Positions 25,426 through 38,842 are shown, counted from the whole stretch's first letter. The stretch is DNA of 63,340 nucleotides, filler included, from Sphacelaria rigidula (GCA_964200075.2; 11 parts of 11 records of this genome joined end to end with filler, not necessarily neighbours in it); one strand, 5' to 3'. Made by a program: numbers and translations. The notes: generated by a model from the sequence alone, not told the origin.

Positions 25426-26076
25426 GAGTAGGGTACATACACCCTGGGGTACCCTGAGTCTTCAGGGTAATTTAAGTACACAGTTCTCCACGGTACCAAG
25501 GGTGCCAAATGCCGAAAATACTTAGTACTCATACGCGTTACCCAGGGTATCAACTGAAAAACCCATGGTACTCGGGGGGTTTTCCCTACCCTAACGACCA
25601 CCTTTGGTTTGTTTTAAGGGTGTCTCGAGTAGAGTTTACCCGATACTTCGGTATTTTAAAAAGTGTAGATACAACTCATGCCCGCAGCGGCAGCCAGCCC
25701 AGTGCTTCGGTTCCCCTCTCTAAAGCCCATACAAGCCATTATGACTGCCTTGGGAGAGGTGATGTGCGACTTATCAAGATGCCGAAATATTGGGTTTACC
25801 CTACCCGACATGCCCTCGGTTTGTTTCACTGGATCACCGCATGGAAATTCTTCAAGGTAGCTAAGGTAAGTAGGATACGAGTACCGGTACAGACAAATAT
25901 GCATTAGTTACTCCGAACCCTCGAAGTTTTGTTCAAGCGGGTACTCCAGATACTCTTGAAAACACTCGGTTGTTCGGCAACCGATACCCCCTGGTACCCT
26001 GCGGCATGCCATACCGCGAATACCCTATAAAGTCATGGTGAACTCCAGGGTACCTACAGGGTACAAAACCCTACCC
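25426..26076. mobile_element. Intronic MITE-like element with imperfect TIRs and many GGGTA/TACCC motifs
   Basis: gagtagggtac..accctggggtaccctgagtcttca versus the reverse complement of tgaactccagggtacctacagggtacaaaaccctaccc. Confidence 0.6.
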
Positions 26077-26547
26077 AAACCAGGAGAGAGCATATATGCC
26101 CCCGTTTGGCCTCTTTCGGTCCGCGTATTTAGCTTGATACTATCTTGTATCTTTTGAGACGCACGGATATTTTTCACACACATTTTGCTGTGACCCACGG
26201 GTTCGAGAAATCGGGTTAATGCGCGGAAGCAATAATAATGCCAGTAATATTTAACGCTTCCGCTTGCGGATTTGTAGATCCCCGTGTTGCGGGGCGCCAT
26301 GCTCTTCATCTTCGTGCGCATATTTTACTACATACTATTATCCATATTGTCATCTGTATCATGTTCTATGCCATGGGCTTGTGACCACAGGCAATAGATT
26401 TCTGGAAAGGGCTGATGTGAGGAACAACATGAGAGGAGAAAAAGTTACAGTGCGATCATTGATAGTGCAGGAAATCGGGAGGGGGAGAGGGGGGAGACAG
26501 AGCATGCATGCGCTGGGGCACGCAATAGCATTCAAAACCAAACGAAC

Positions 26548-26662
26548 CTGCAGCCTGACGACGTTGTCGGTGAGGTCGTTGAATTTTTTTGTGGTGTTTT
26601 CCAGAGCCTGGCTAGCCGAGTTGCGATCCTGGGTGAGTACCTTCACCTGATCTTCGGCGTGG
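26548..26662 (-). CDS. TPR: TPR coiled-coil exon
   Basis: (S)HAEDQVKVLTQDRNSASQALENTTKKFNDLTDNVVRLQ; AG|C completes a Ser codon, with a CAG acceptor and GT donor. Confidence 0.75.
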
Positions 26663-27221
26663 CTGCAAACAAACAAAAAATGACGAAGAGAGGGAAAAAC
26701 AATATAAACGCGAATCGGGGTCCCCGACACAAACGGGCGTGGACAAAGATGCCAAAATCCAACGGCAGATATAAAGATCAACATTACCTGTAGTATCTAT
26801 CACGATAGCTACAATTGGCACATTCCTTCTGTCCCACGCTGGAGAGTACGAAGTGTCACGACAGGACAACATTGGGGGGGGGGGGGGGTGGATAAATCTC
26901 ACTGGCTATCCACAAAAGCCCAGAACTGCTGAGTCCATCCTGACACCAGCAAAGAAAAAAACAAAACNNNNNNNNNNTTATCCTGAACCCAAAAGTTGGC
27001 AATTCCTTTTGTCCCACCCTGGGAAAGTACAAGGGTCCACACCAGAACACAATGGGGGGGGGGGGGAGTGGATACATCTACATCGCTATACACACAAGCC
27101 CAGAACTGCTGACTCACTCCTGTATACAGTCAAGAGAAGCACGAATCACGAATTAGTCATTTGCGCCGCGCGATAACCACGATACCGCGAGCGGGTGGAC
27201 GACTGCCAAGAATATATGTTT

Positions 27222-27285
27222 GTTTATTTATTTCGCACATTAGCCCGATCTCTCGAACCCGTGGTCACAGACGTAGACTCGCCCG
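27222..27285 (-). repeat. Short interspersed repeat with (AAAT)-like tail; related copies at about 26186-26238 and 58685-58745
   Basis: Shared tg(t/a)gaccacgg(g/a)ttcgaga..tc.gg..aatg.gcg.aa. Confidence 0.7.
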
Positions 27286-27749
27286 CCACTACTATACCTT
27301 ACACATACAACGGTTTTGCCAATTCCATTTTACAATTTCAAGTGATCGATACAAACAAGAACCAACACGGTTCACGTGCTGATTAATATAGCAGCCACGA
27401 AAACAACAAAAAACATTCCCAACTCCCCGGTCAATCCCGTCTCGAAAGGGATGCGTGGTCAATGGTCAAACGACTAAGGCAAGCAACAAATAGGTACCCC
27501 CCCCCCCCCCCCCCCCCCGCTCCCCCCGCCACTGCCCCCCCGCTCCCTTCACCCCCCCCCCCCCGCCGGCCGTCGCCGCGTCAAGCACTTGACGCCTTTG
27601 ACTGCGATCCACTTCGCCGACGTTTGCTGCCGGAGCACTCATACACTATAACCAAGCCACAAAAATATTCGTATTGGCCTACAAGGACCGTGAGGGATTA
27701 GTTGGCAGCCGAAGGGCTGAAAACAACCGCCCCGACGTACTGTACACAC

Positions 27750-27883
27750 CTCAGCATCCGTTGAGTCGCCGCTAGCTCCGACACGGCTCTGCTCTCTTTC
27801 CTCTCGGCCGTAGTCACCTCGTCGCCCATAAGCCTCAGCGACTGCTGGATCTTGGAGGTTTCTTCTCGAGCCAAGCCAAGGTC
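27750..27883 (-). CDS. TPR: TPR coiled-coil exon
   Basis: DLGLAREETSKIQQSLRLMGDEVTTAERKESRAVSELAATQRML. Its phases (0 in, 2 out) fit both neighbouring exons. Confidence 0.75.
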
Positions 27884-28463
27884 CTTCGTGTTTTTTTTGC
27901 GGTGATTGATTAAAAAAGGGACACGAGACGCAACAAATCAACAGCAGGTGAAAAATAATGGCTACACGATGCAACTGTATAAAAAGTTTTCGGATTAGTT
28001 TCCCCCTCGTACGAAGATGTAAAGTATGAGGCGCGCGTTTCGCCACAACAGCGCAGTTTTTTTTCGTACCTTACACCGATTTCACGAGATGTATACAGTA
28101 GATAAAAGAGAGCGGATAAAGAAAATGATGCCTGCGCCTTCTTGCCTTCGTAAACGCGGGTGTCCCCCGATCACGGCATATAGATCATGTACGGGAGATA
28201 CCACCGGGGATGATAATGGATCCAACCCCGGTTTTCCCGTATAAGCCGAGGCCATTCCGCCGAAAGTAGTGTCATTACAGCAGAAATATTTCGCCCAAAC
28301 TTTCCGGAGATGAGAATGTGGGCTTTTTGTTTAGAGACGAAAGCGCGTGTTGGTTGCTTGATTGATTGTCGCGCATTAACTCATCCCCCAGGAATCCGAT
28401 GGTGGTCACACGATAGCGTGTGTATGACTTTGGGTGTTATCCTCCGTATACTGCACCACATAC

Positions 28464-28605
28464 CCTCTCGAGCTCGTGCACGCGGCTCTTCATGGCCTCT
28501 GCTTCCTCCACTGCCGCCTTCACAGTGGCTGCCGATGGACCACCGCCTCCCGGGGATCCGAGGTCCCGGTTGGTCTCTTGGGACAGCAGGACTCGATACA
28601 TGTCC
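28464..28605 (-). CDS. TPR: Nucleoprotein TPR/Mlp1, first visible exon
   Basis: (R)DMYRVLLSQ matches the conserved TPR motif RQRDMYRILLSQ. AG/GT borders, ends in phase 0. Confidence 0.8.
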
Positions 28606-28999
28606 CTGAAAAACCAGGCGGTGGAATGACATGTGTAGAGACGGAGGGAGGGAAGGGGGGGGGGGGGGGCGTGTTATCAATAGCGGGCACCTTTACGCGG
28701 TGGGAGTCCTGCCCCTCTACAAAACCCCCGCGGCCTTANNNNNNNNNNNNNNNNNNNNNNNNNNNNNNNNNNNNNNNNNNNNTTAATTAATTAANNNNNN
28801 NNNNNNNNNNNNNNNNNNNNNNNNNNNNNNNNNNNNNNCCTTGTTTTTAAAAGGTGGCCAAGCGAGAGTGCGGCGTATACGTGAAATGCCCCCCCCCCCC
28901 CCCCCCCCTCCGCGCGGTTCAAACCCACATGGCATTGCCGTACGAATCACCCTGATACGCTCCACGGGTCGGCTTGCACGACACGTCAACCCCGAGCAG

Positions 29000-29116
29000 A
29001 GGCATTGGGACCAGATCGTCAAAACTACGGCGATTGGGATGCAGTACGAACCGGATTTCGCGCTCAGAGACCTTTTGGACGTGGGTCTGCAAAACTTCTG
29101 CGCGGAAATTGAAGAG
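29000..29116 (+). CDS. Axonemal dynein heavy chain (DNAH3/7/12-like inner arm), exon 1 of 6 visible
   Basis: RHWDQIVKTTAIGMQYEPDFALRDLLDVGLQNFCAEIEE, DHC N2 region. The acceptor could be 2 nt further in. Confidence 0.85.
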
Positions 29117-29878
29117 GTATACTGCACGGATTGAGGGTCTTGTTCTCGTCATGTAATAAGTAGAGCACGGTGATGGGGCGACCGAGTGACGAGTTATCTT
29201 AGGGCTCACCACGAATAAAAAGGATTCATGTATCTGAGAAAAATATTTTGTTCGTGAAGTGATCCAATTGTGGAGAAGACGTGAATGATAGTCCCGACTT
29301 TTACGCATTTCGTCTATCCATTCCAAAATCTGTTCCGGCTTCCCTCCGAGGAGAAGAACGTAGGAGTCTTGAGGATCAGAAATATAACAACTGTCTCAGC
29401 GCCTGCCTCGCGTTATCGTCACAACTTCGGTGCAGCACTTTTTCATCCGCCTGCCTTAAAACTCGGTGGAATGGACGACGGTGCATTCGTTCCACTGTTC
29501 ACTGAAGGGTGCTCTCCTCTTTCCCGCAGAATAGTGTGTAGCAATCAATCGATCTATCAGAGCAAATTGTTTCCGCGGGCAATTCTGCCGAGTTTAATCT
29601 TGTTCACAATACGACAAATGAACCAAATGGCGTCTCGGGGGCTCACGTAGGGGGTTGATGGCGCCTTTCCTCTGTCTACCTGTCTCACGTGTAAGCCTTG
29701 TTTGGGCGGTTGGACCAAGTGTGACGGCACCATGGTGTGGTTCTTCTGAATGTCTGTTTACACCCGTAGCTAGTGTTAGTATGAGGTTCGGCCAAAGCGA
29801 GCAAGCCTGGGGAGTACCACGTAAATAAATTCTCGAGATACCCATATTTCCGTCCATCCCATCTCTTCTGCCGTTCAG

Positions 29879-30069
29879 ACATGCGTCGCAGCATCGAAAG
29901 AGTACTCCTTGGAGAATAACATGGATATTATGGACGGGGAATGGAAGGATCTGGTGTTCGAAACGAAGGAGTATCGGACCACGGGTACGAGAATTTTGGC
30001 TTCGGTGGACGAAATACAGCAGCTTTTGGACGATCACATTGTCAAGACCCAAGCAATGCGTGGGTCCAG
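29879..30069 (+). CDS. Axonemal dynein heavy chain exon 2
   Basis: AASKEYSLE...[25 protein letters not shown] borders. Confidence 0.95.
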
Positions 30070-30905
30070 GTGAATGTCAGGAACCGAAGGGGTTAAATAT
30101 ACGAATCGCGTGGGGTCTGTCTATTTTGGCGAAGTTACTGTGTATTTCTCAACAGCGATTTAAATTGTAGTTGGTTTTTGTCTATTTTGCTCTCGAGCGT
30201 TTGGCTTTGTTTTTGTTGCTTGCCAGATTTTATCAGTAATTATGTGATTTAGCCCGCAGTTCGGTGCTGTCATGATCTATCTCTGATGCAAGACAGAGTA
30301 CACTCCCTGTTTGGGAGGACAAGTGACCAGAACCAAATCAATTGAGATACCGGCAGAAAGTCGCTTAGGATATTCCCACAAACATGATATCCTAATTATG
30401 CTGATAGACTTTATTAGGAAATATTAAACTACCAGAGGGTCTCGTGCATAGTACATTCGGTGGTTTCCATGGGACGGTGTGTGGCCTAGGGTGTTGGCAG
30501 TAAGGTACACCCGCTCCCTGTGCAGGACACGCAACCTAAATCCTACCGCTGAAGCCGTGTTTTCGAACAAAAGCCTTACACGAAGGACCACATATCACGG
30601 ATTGTATGTAGAATCGCGCCGAGCGTATAGACTTCGACAACCAAGTTCGACACAAAATCACTAGGAACCACTTGCTGGTATCATCCCACATGAAAGATAT
30701 ACCTAACTGACCAACTGTCCCAACTTTCGACACGCCGTAGCCACGGGGATAGGAATGGCGGGCCAGATCAAGTGCCGACAGACGACGAGTTGCTTTTACT
30801 GTCCACCCATTGAGCAATATCCGCTGTCAGAGAGTTCGTTAGTGAAGCACTTGTTTTCTCTACAATAATACCTCCTTGACGATAAACGTACGGTACAACG
30901 CACAG

Positions 30906-30966
30906 GTACATCGGCCCTTTCCTAGGTCGCGTGACGGTATGGGAGAAGACCTTGAACGACTTGCAG
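30906..30966 (+). CDS. Axonemal dynein heavy chain exon 3
   Basis: (R)YIGPFLGRVTVWEKTLNDLQ; phase fits both neighbours. Confidence 0.9.
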
Positions 30967-31955
30967 GTATGGCACATAACTTCAGTGCTTGAGATTCCCG
31001 CGAGACGCTCGAAGTATTTTGTGTGCAGTACATACGACTTGTCTCCGATGAAACGCCACGCAACGTGCTCCGTTGCTCTTGTGTACACAAACCAGGCGCA
31101 TGACCCCGCTGCACTACGATATATATCGAGGCGATTGATCCTAGGACCGAAGCTCATAAGAGGAGGGTGGCGTGTGTACTGTGCCAAGTTGACTTGGGGG
31201 TTTAGTGGGCTTGACGCTCACACTGCCGTGAGCAAAGCTTTCCTAACGCTCGAGGCGTCTATCCCACATGACTTCCGCTATGCGGTCTACTCGAGCCTCC
31301 GGGTACTCGGTGCGCGCGGCCCCCCCGTTGGCGGGATAAGTGTTGGGTCAGCCTTCCTTATTCCTTCAAAAATAAAAAATAAACAGATCGGCGTGATTGA
31401 TGTACCTTTAGGACGTACGTTGAACCGTAACACATCTTTGCTCAAACCAATGCGGATATCAGCCCAGAAGACAAGGTCTTTTAAATGTAGATGATGTCAA
31501 ATCCGGTTCTGTCGGGAATCAACCTAGCCATGTTATGATTGTGCTGTCTTTGAAACACTGCGCACCGCGTCCGTCCTCGAGTGTCAACAAATTCGTATTT
31601 GTCGCTGCCACACAAGAACGCCATGTGGTGTGTACTCAGGAGTGTAACTTCCCCCCCAGCGTTGGCGATATTCGGGCATGCGCAATGTTTTTCGAATTTT
31701 CTGCACCATCGAGCTCACGTAGGTAGGTGCTGGGCCATGAACCGCCGTCTGCACGAACGAGGCGGGGGATCGCAACAGTTTTTATGAGTGGCAAACAAAC
31801 GTTGGCAAAACACGCACACATTAATTCTGCCCTCAGGTTACTTCAAGCAGACCGTCTGGCTGGCCGCCAAGTATATCTGGATGGTCCACAAACACCCATT
31901 ATTCTCGATCATGTTGTACGTGCGTTTTATGCGGTTTCCTTCGCTATCGATGCAG

Positions 31956-32051
31956 GACATAATTGATAACTGGCTCAAAATGCAGGCCACCTGGCTGTAC
32001 CTGGAGCCCATTTTTTCTTCGGACGATATCATGCGACAGATGCCCGTGGAG
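31956..32051 (+). CDS. Axonemal dynein heavy chain exon 4
   Basis: [32 protein letters not shown], a hallmark DHC motif. Confidence 0.97.
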
Positions 32052-32530
32052 GTTTGTCGACACTCATACGCCCGGACTGGGGAGATATTATGCGTATATT
32101 GCCGTATTAGCATCACTTTTGTTGTCCTACAGTTTCACACGGTACTCCAAAACGATGATGCTTCCATTCACGCCATTACCCACTACTAGTGTTCGTTTGT
32201 TCGCGGATGTCCAGTTGTGACCGCTGCCCCGATTCCTTAGAGAATAGGTAATGTACGACAAGCAAGCAATCAATAAATTAAACACGTCGATCACAAGGTG
32301 GTACAGTGCTCGACTCTCGTTCCATCTATGTCCGTGCACTGGCGCCGCTTGAACGTTGTTCTCTCCACTTGTGAGAGGTAACCGTGTGTCGTATTTTCCT
32401 CGCTTCAGTTCACTCACTATCGTCCCCTCAAGTCGACCAACGGATCAGAATACGAACACTTTCTGCTATCGCGTGCGCGCGGTCGGCCACCTACGTGTGC
32501 CTTGTCGCCGCACTTCGACTAATCCTCCAG

Positions 32531-32710
32531 GGACGGTTGTTCCAATCTGTGGATCAAACCTGGAGAGAGCACATGCAGAAGACGGTCGAAGATCCTTCCG
32601 TTTTGTCGGTGGCTCGTCGGGTTGGCTTCGTGGATGCCCTCATCGACGCAAACGATAAGCTGGACACCATTCAGAAGGGACTAAACGACTACCTCGAGAC
32701 CAAGCGACTG
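32531..32710 (+). CDS. Axonemal dynein heavy chain exon 5
   Basis: GRLFQSVDQTW...LDTIQKGLNDYLETKRL. Confidence 0.96.
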
Positions 32711-33340
32711 GTGAGAGCGAGCGTGCAAGTACAGAAGAAGTGGCCGTACACAGAGCACTCGTGCGGGGTCTCACCAATGCCTCTTACTGCTCTACGGCAT
32801 AGATAGTAGCATTGATGTATAGATGAACCACGAAGGAAACCCCGCCCCACAGTACGGTTTACTTACCTCCGTGTGCTGGCATCTACCCGCGCCTACCCCT
32901 GGCTGGTTCGACGCCTTACTTGGGTTGCGAGTGTAAACGGCCACGTCTTGAGTGTTTCCATTTTTCTTTGTAACTGTAAACGTTCATTTTATCGCACGAA
33001 CACGATGCTACCCCTTCAAACATTACCCTACCAGCGACACCATTTTCAGTCATGCAGTCCTTTTACGTCTCATGGAACCACAAAGAATACCGCCAACAGT
33101 CGTGGTAATTGAATGGACCACTAGTACAATTGGACCATCTAGCACTCCTGACCATTGGTGGCACAGTTGCTTCTATTGCCCAGTACCCCAGTACTCTCCA
33201 AGATCCATAGCCAACACGCTAGCATAATAGTGCACAACTTTGAATCCAGATTTCAACAAGATCGCCTCACGCCCTGCCTCCTGTGCCCCCCTCGTCTCCG
33301 CCGCCCCTTTACCGTTGTTCCCTTTTCTGGGGGAGGTAAG

Positions 33341-33535
33341 GCGTTCCCGCGGTTCTACTTCCTGTCAAACGACGAGTTGCTTGAAATACTGGCGGAGACT
33401 AAAGACCCTCTGAGAGTGCAGCCACACCTCAAGAAATGCTTCGACGGGATTTCTCAGCTGGAGTTCCAGCCTAACTTGGACATCACCGCATGCCTCGATC
33501 CTGGAAACGAGAGGATCGAATACCCCTACGAGAAG
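33341..33535 (+). CDS. Axonemal dynein heavy chain exon 6
   Basis: [37 protein letters not shown], a hallmark DHC motif. Confidence 0.97.
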
Positions 33536-34805
33536 GTACAGTCCGGCCTTCACTTCCTTGGGCGCTGGAGCTCCTCACCGCCAATAAGGCGTTTTAGTCG
33601 TTGTCGAGTGCCGGCAGGAACCACATCCAGAAGGATGTTGTCGGGGACGGAATTCCTAGAGCAGGGTTGGGGTGGATTTCTCTACCGGGAATGCCGCGGC
33701 AATAGACGTAGCGAGAGGATGATTAGAACATGGGTGGGGTATATAGTGTGGAGTGGCATGTAAAGGGTGAAGTCGTTCGTTCCGAGCTGTAAACAGTTCG
33801 GAGGTGGCAACGTAGTTATCTCCATCCACACAGGGGACTACCCTGTTGCCCTTCCATGCTGTCAAGTCACTCTTGCCGATCTACATCATATTGTAACTTT
33901 GTGAACACTATGTGCACGCGCTACGTCACGCGGCGTTGATATCTGCTCTTGGTGCTGCTGCCCCGTGTCCGTTCGTCTTTGTCATTCTGCATGCCTGAAT
34001 GTTAAAATCTATACCATTCTCTACTAATCTCTGGTGGTGTCGCCTCTCCCGCGCAAGACTTCGTCGCGATTTGTATTTCCGTTGTGACATGCCATTGGCC
34101 GAGAAGTGTTGAGCACGTTGGTCGTAGTGCTGATCGTGGCACTCCTATATATAGCTGTCCCCAACGTATTCAATATTAACCCAATACCGATTAATACACA
34201 GGAAGGTCCCGACATAGTGCGGGGGGTAAACCCCAGTGCCCTGACTGCTGTACTTCGAGCTCCTGAGCTAAAAGGGTTCATTACTTTGCAAGGTTGGACG
34301 CGCTACAAACGCCCCCCAAGGCCCTACTTCTTTTTTTTTCTCACACTTTGAACCCCTCCCCTTCCTCGGCATGAGTCCGTGGTCACAAGGGATCAACCCA
34401 TCTCTCCCCCGGTATGTGCCTTTCATTTTGATCTCGCGGGTTGGATCAGCACTCCCGCACCGCGTCAACTCACGTCACACAAACCCAGTCGACTACTTTT
34501 GTTTANNNNNNNNNNNNNNNNNNNNNNNNNNNNNNNNNNNNNNNNNNNNTTAATTAATTAANNNNNNNNNNNNNNNNNNNNNNNNNNNNNNNNNNNNNNN
34601 NNNNNAGTCGGGTTGCCCACTTGAGCCTCAATCCAGAGTTAAACCTCAATTCGCACAATTTGCTGTTATGTGATGTGTTGTACAGCCACGATCCCTACTG
34701 TACACTGAGATACAACAGCCTATCTTACCCATATATTATCGACTTGCGTCACCCCGGGAGACCTGTTCCAACCTCCCGAAGGGGAACCGTGTATTATATA
34801 TTATA

Positions 34806-35346
34806 CTCCCTCTGGCCGGGAATATAAGGCCGATAAGGACAATATGCGCAAACGTCAAGCTGAACATAGAAGGAGCAGGTCAGGAGTTCGATTCTCACTA
34901 AAACACCTCTTTTTTTTTGACGAACACATTTTTTTTTCATTTTTTTTCCCTTCATACTACTGTTGGCTCCAAAGGTCCCGATTTTGGCATCCTGTAGTTT
35001 TTTATCCGGTCAACGAGAAAGACTTGTTTTTTTTGCCGGGGAGCACGTCTACACGTTGCTACATGTAGCCACGATAGCACACAAAAAAATAGACCGAAGA
35101 AGAACCTTCTCCTCGCTTCGCTATGAGAAAACGACGGCACACCTTATTTCTTACTGACCAGATTGGCGGAAAATCCGGCCGGGCAAAACAAAATCCATGG
35201 AATGGGACGAATATTAACCATCCCCTGTTTTTTGGCATTTCTTGAACGGTACTAACGATCGGAGCACGACAAAACAAAATGGTGCTACAATACCTTTTGT
35301 AACGCCCTCAACAACAAATCGGCCTTATATTCCCGGCCAGAGGGAG
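34806..35346. mobile_element. 541-bp Stowaway-like (Tc1/mariner) MITE
   Basis: Perfect 29-bp TIRs CTCCCTCTGGCCGGGAATATAAGGCCGAT with TA on both sides. Confidence 0.93.
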
Positions 35347-35376
35347 TATATATTATGAATTATAAAAAAATATGTA

Positions 35377-35660
35377 AAGGAGCAGAAGCAAACATGTACC
35401 CCGCAAAGCCTACCGAACTCTTCGGATTTTGTCAATGTTCATTGATCAATTTCTTGCAACAAAGTGAACAGAAAATGTGAAAAAAAAAAAACAGGATAAT
35501 TTTAATGGTCGAAAAATGCCGCCCGGCATCTGAGGTCATCAGGACAGAACGGGCAAGGAGCAGAAGCAGTATTACGAACCCCACAAAGCCCGCCAGACTG
35601 TTCGGTTTTCGTCAGCGTTTTTTTTTCAATTTCTTGTAACAAAATGAACACAAAAAATCA
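35377..35660 (+). repeat. Diverged ~100-bp direct repeat (starts near 35377 and 35556)
   Basis: aaggagcagaagca...caaagcc...ttcgg...tcaatttcttg.aacaaa.tgaaca occurs twice. Confidence 0.7.
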
Positions 35661-35761
35661 AAACAGTGTTAATTGATCAATTCCTTGCGAGAAACTTGAC
35701 AAAAACAAAATCGAAACAATCGTGACAATTTTCGAAACAATGGCCTCCGGGAGGTGAGGTC

Positions 35762-36085
35762 AGTTTACCAGTTGGGATGCTGAGAAATCTCTCAGAAATT
35801 TATAACTTTGAACAAACTACAACACCAGCACTAGCCCTAACCCTGACCCCAACGAAGGCACACCGAGAACCCTCGGGCGAGGCGGTGCAGAGTGTTACAT
35901 AGACAAAGGGTGCGTTGCCAGACCTCAAATCGGCGCCCTAGGCGCCGATTTCGACCTAAATGAGTTCTGCGCAAGCTAGGAGCACGCTTGTGGCATAGCC
36001 CCATAACAGATCCGGATTTTCGCTGTTCACACTAAAATCAAGTCGAAATATATGAGAAATCTCTCACCATCCCAAGTGGTGAACT
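35762..36085. mobile_element. ~324-bp MITE-like element with ~33-bp imperfect TIRs and an internal palindrome
   Basis: agtttaccagttgggatgctgagaaatctctca versus the reverse complement of tgagaaatctctcaccatcccaagtggtgaact; internal aaatcggcgccctaggcgccgattt. Confidence 0.7.
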
Positions 36086-37484
36086 CTACTGAAATTCTGA
36101 CAGCAGCTTTTTATGATCGAAATGCAGAAGATCACGTGAACAGCAAAAAGTCATTTCCTTCACGAGTTCTTTCATATGAAAATTAAAAAGAAGGAACTTA
36201 TGAGGATTCGAAATTTCAGGGGAAAAAACGAATACCCAGTGCGGGGTGATTGCTGATATGAACCCGCTGCAACTAAAAAAAAAACGCACTTCGACACGCT
36301 ATCGCTCAACGATATCAGACCCACCCTGTACTATATGCAGTACAAAAACGTCATCGGCAATACGACGCCAATCGAACAGCGACGCAGTCCTTTGTCATCA
36401 GGTGGATCAACAGTTCACAGTGATTTGCTTGCATCGGGTTCATTCGGGAAACTGGGCAAGCTGTGGTGTGAGCAACTTTGAGGAGCTTTTAAGCTGGCCC
36501 CCAGCTCGTAATCGCTCGGAAAACCTCCGTATTATCGAAAAGGAATACTGTACGGTGTTTGCGCAGACCAATTTCGGGTCAGGACTTGGACTTCGTAAGG
36601 CCGTGTCTTACCAAATGTTTTTCGACTCGAAAACATGCGGTCGAATCGAATTGGTCGATACGAGGCCGTATCAGATACGTCCACGGCATTTATGTTTCCA
36701 GATGGCTTCAAGTCCATTTTATAATTAGGTGCGCGCGACGGGCAGGGTCAAAAACGGAAAAGCTTAGCTTTGTCGAGCGAAACGAGCGGCGGAATGAGCG
36801 AAGGGGCACGTGACTCCTGTGTTGCAGACGACCGTACCAGATGCTACCCTTTCACAGGATTATGCAAAACCCATATGGTTCATTTACAGCTACCTACTCA
36901 AACCTGCGGCATAGATCACGAACTGAGCGCAGGGATACATGCTGTAACACTGCGGTGATAGGGAACCGACACCACTACACTTTTTGCATGATGTATTTCT
37001 TCTTGTTAGCGAAAACTTGGGCATCTAGCTTTGTGGCAGTGTCTGCCGACTGAGTTGCATGTTGAAGTGGGCAATCGAACTGCCAACGCGCTCATGGACC
37101 GTAGAGGCGGTGCAAAACTGCTCGTATTTCAAATCTGGTTCGCATCCTCCTGCATGTCGCGTTGCCCGCTTCTTTTCCACGTCGCGCCCGCATGATGTGC
37201 GAAACACACACTATCAACTATGTACACAACAACTGTAACAACAGTACAGGCCACCACTGTTGTACAGTCTGTACTGTCTGTGGTCTGTACCGTACTATAT
37301 ATATAAGTAAAGAAGTACCGTTTCACGAATGTCACTTGGCCTTTTTTTATCGAAAGCGTGCAAATTCTCTCGGACCCAAACATAGCAAAGCGAAGTGAAT
37401 CAATCTCGCCGCACAAACTCGTTCGAGTCGGAGAAAATTTGATAAGACACGGCCTAGTTTCACACCTCGGATAACGTAGTATGA

Positions 37485-38842
37485 TATGTTACCTATGTTG
37501 CGTTATTTGGCTAGGTTGGCGGGTATTATAACACGAGAAACATATACTACGACGAGTTCTACTGGTCTCATGTTAATGTGTAACTTATGTTACAGTCGAC
37601 ACTCACCGCTCTAATGACAGTGTAGTATGGTGTTAGATATAGAACCCTTACGGCTGTTGTACGATAATATTGTGTTACTCTGCCAGTCCGCAGGTAGCTG
37701 TAACACAAAAACATACTAGTACCGTTGGGTTCCACAAAAGCAGGAACATAAGAACACACTAGTACGGGTCGGCTGTACAAAAACACAAACATGAGCACAT
37801 AGTCCCATCGTTGACGTCCACAAAAACAGCAACATAAAACCACACTCGTACGGTTCGGCTCTACAAAAACACAACCATGATCACATAGTCCCATACATAG
37901 TTGGTATCCACGAAACAGGAACAGAAAGACACACTCCTACTGTTGGGCTCTACAAAAACACGAACACAGTAACTTTACGGTAGCCGGCGGGTCGGCAGTG
38001 ATGTACAAACTGATAACGCTATGTCCACCCGTTGGTCACACAGAATGTTGCGGACTCTCGATGATTGGGTTCTAAAATATAACACATTTCGGACCTCTTC
38101 TGCTTTAGGGTCGGATAACGTAGCATTTAACAGAAATTACTGTGTCACAGGCCTTGCTGGACCTGAGCCCTAACTCACGTTACTGCAGTCATGAGTGGGC
38201 TGCCAGTTTGTTCAGCACATGTTGGGTCGCTTATTGTTTCAACTGTAAACGGTCAAATGTTTGGCGGTCGATTAACCGCTTGTCCCATATAACACTGTGT
38301 TCCTATCTTGAGACCTGACCCGTTGGGCACATAAACATTCTACTTTTGTATGGTTGGTAATATATTGTTCGAGATGGTATGATGTCACTTTGTCCCGCCG
38401 TGGTCCGTGGGGTATACCAACGTTGTACTAGTTGAACTGGGGTACTTTGATTACCCCTTATGGTATAGTGCTACTGTTTGTTGAGCCGTTGTCCTTTCGA
38501 TATATGTGTGGTTTCTTTGATCCATCGCTTGCCGGCTATCCCATATAACACTGTGTTTTATGCTCTTGTTTTTGCGGAGACCAATAATAGGATGATGTGC
38601 TCATGGTTGTGATGTTGTAGAGCCGAACCGTTCGAGGGTGTTTTTGTGTTACAGCCATGTGCGGACAGCTAGAGTAGGCCAATGTTAACGTACAACTTCC
38701 GTGAGGATTCTATTAGAGCGGGCAGTGTCGGCTGTACCATAAGTTACCCGATAGCATAGCACCGGCAGACCTGGTCATAGTATATATTCTTTGTGATGCA
38801 ATACCCGCCAACCTAGCCAAATCACGTGACATAGGATATTCA
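37485..38842. mobile_element. ~1.36-kb non-autonomous foldback/MULE-like element with long TIRs
   Basis: atttggctaggttggcgggtatt is mirrored by aatacccgccaacctagccaaat, similarity extends about 280 bp inward, and the left arm has tandem sub-repeats at 37700-37970. Confidence 0.8.

Noticed and set aside
25160..26312. Possible TPR micro-exons (MKSMAPRNTGIYKS; VEHERALILS)
   Set aside because: The splice sites are weak and the phases do not fit.
26860..27130. Tandem duplication in a TPR intron
   Set aside because: The copies flank an N gap and poly-G runs, so this is probably an assembly artefact.
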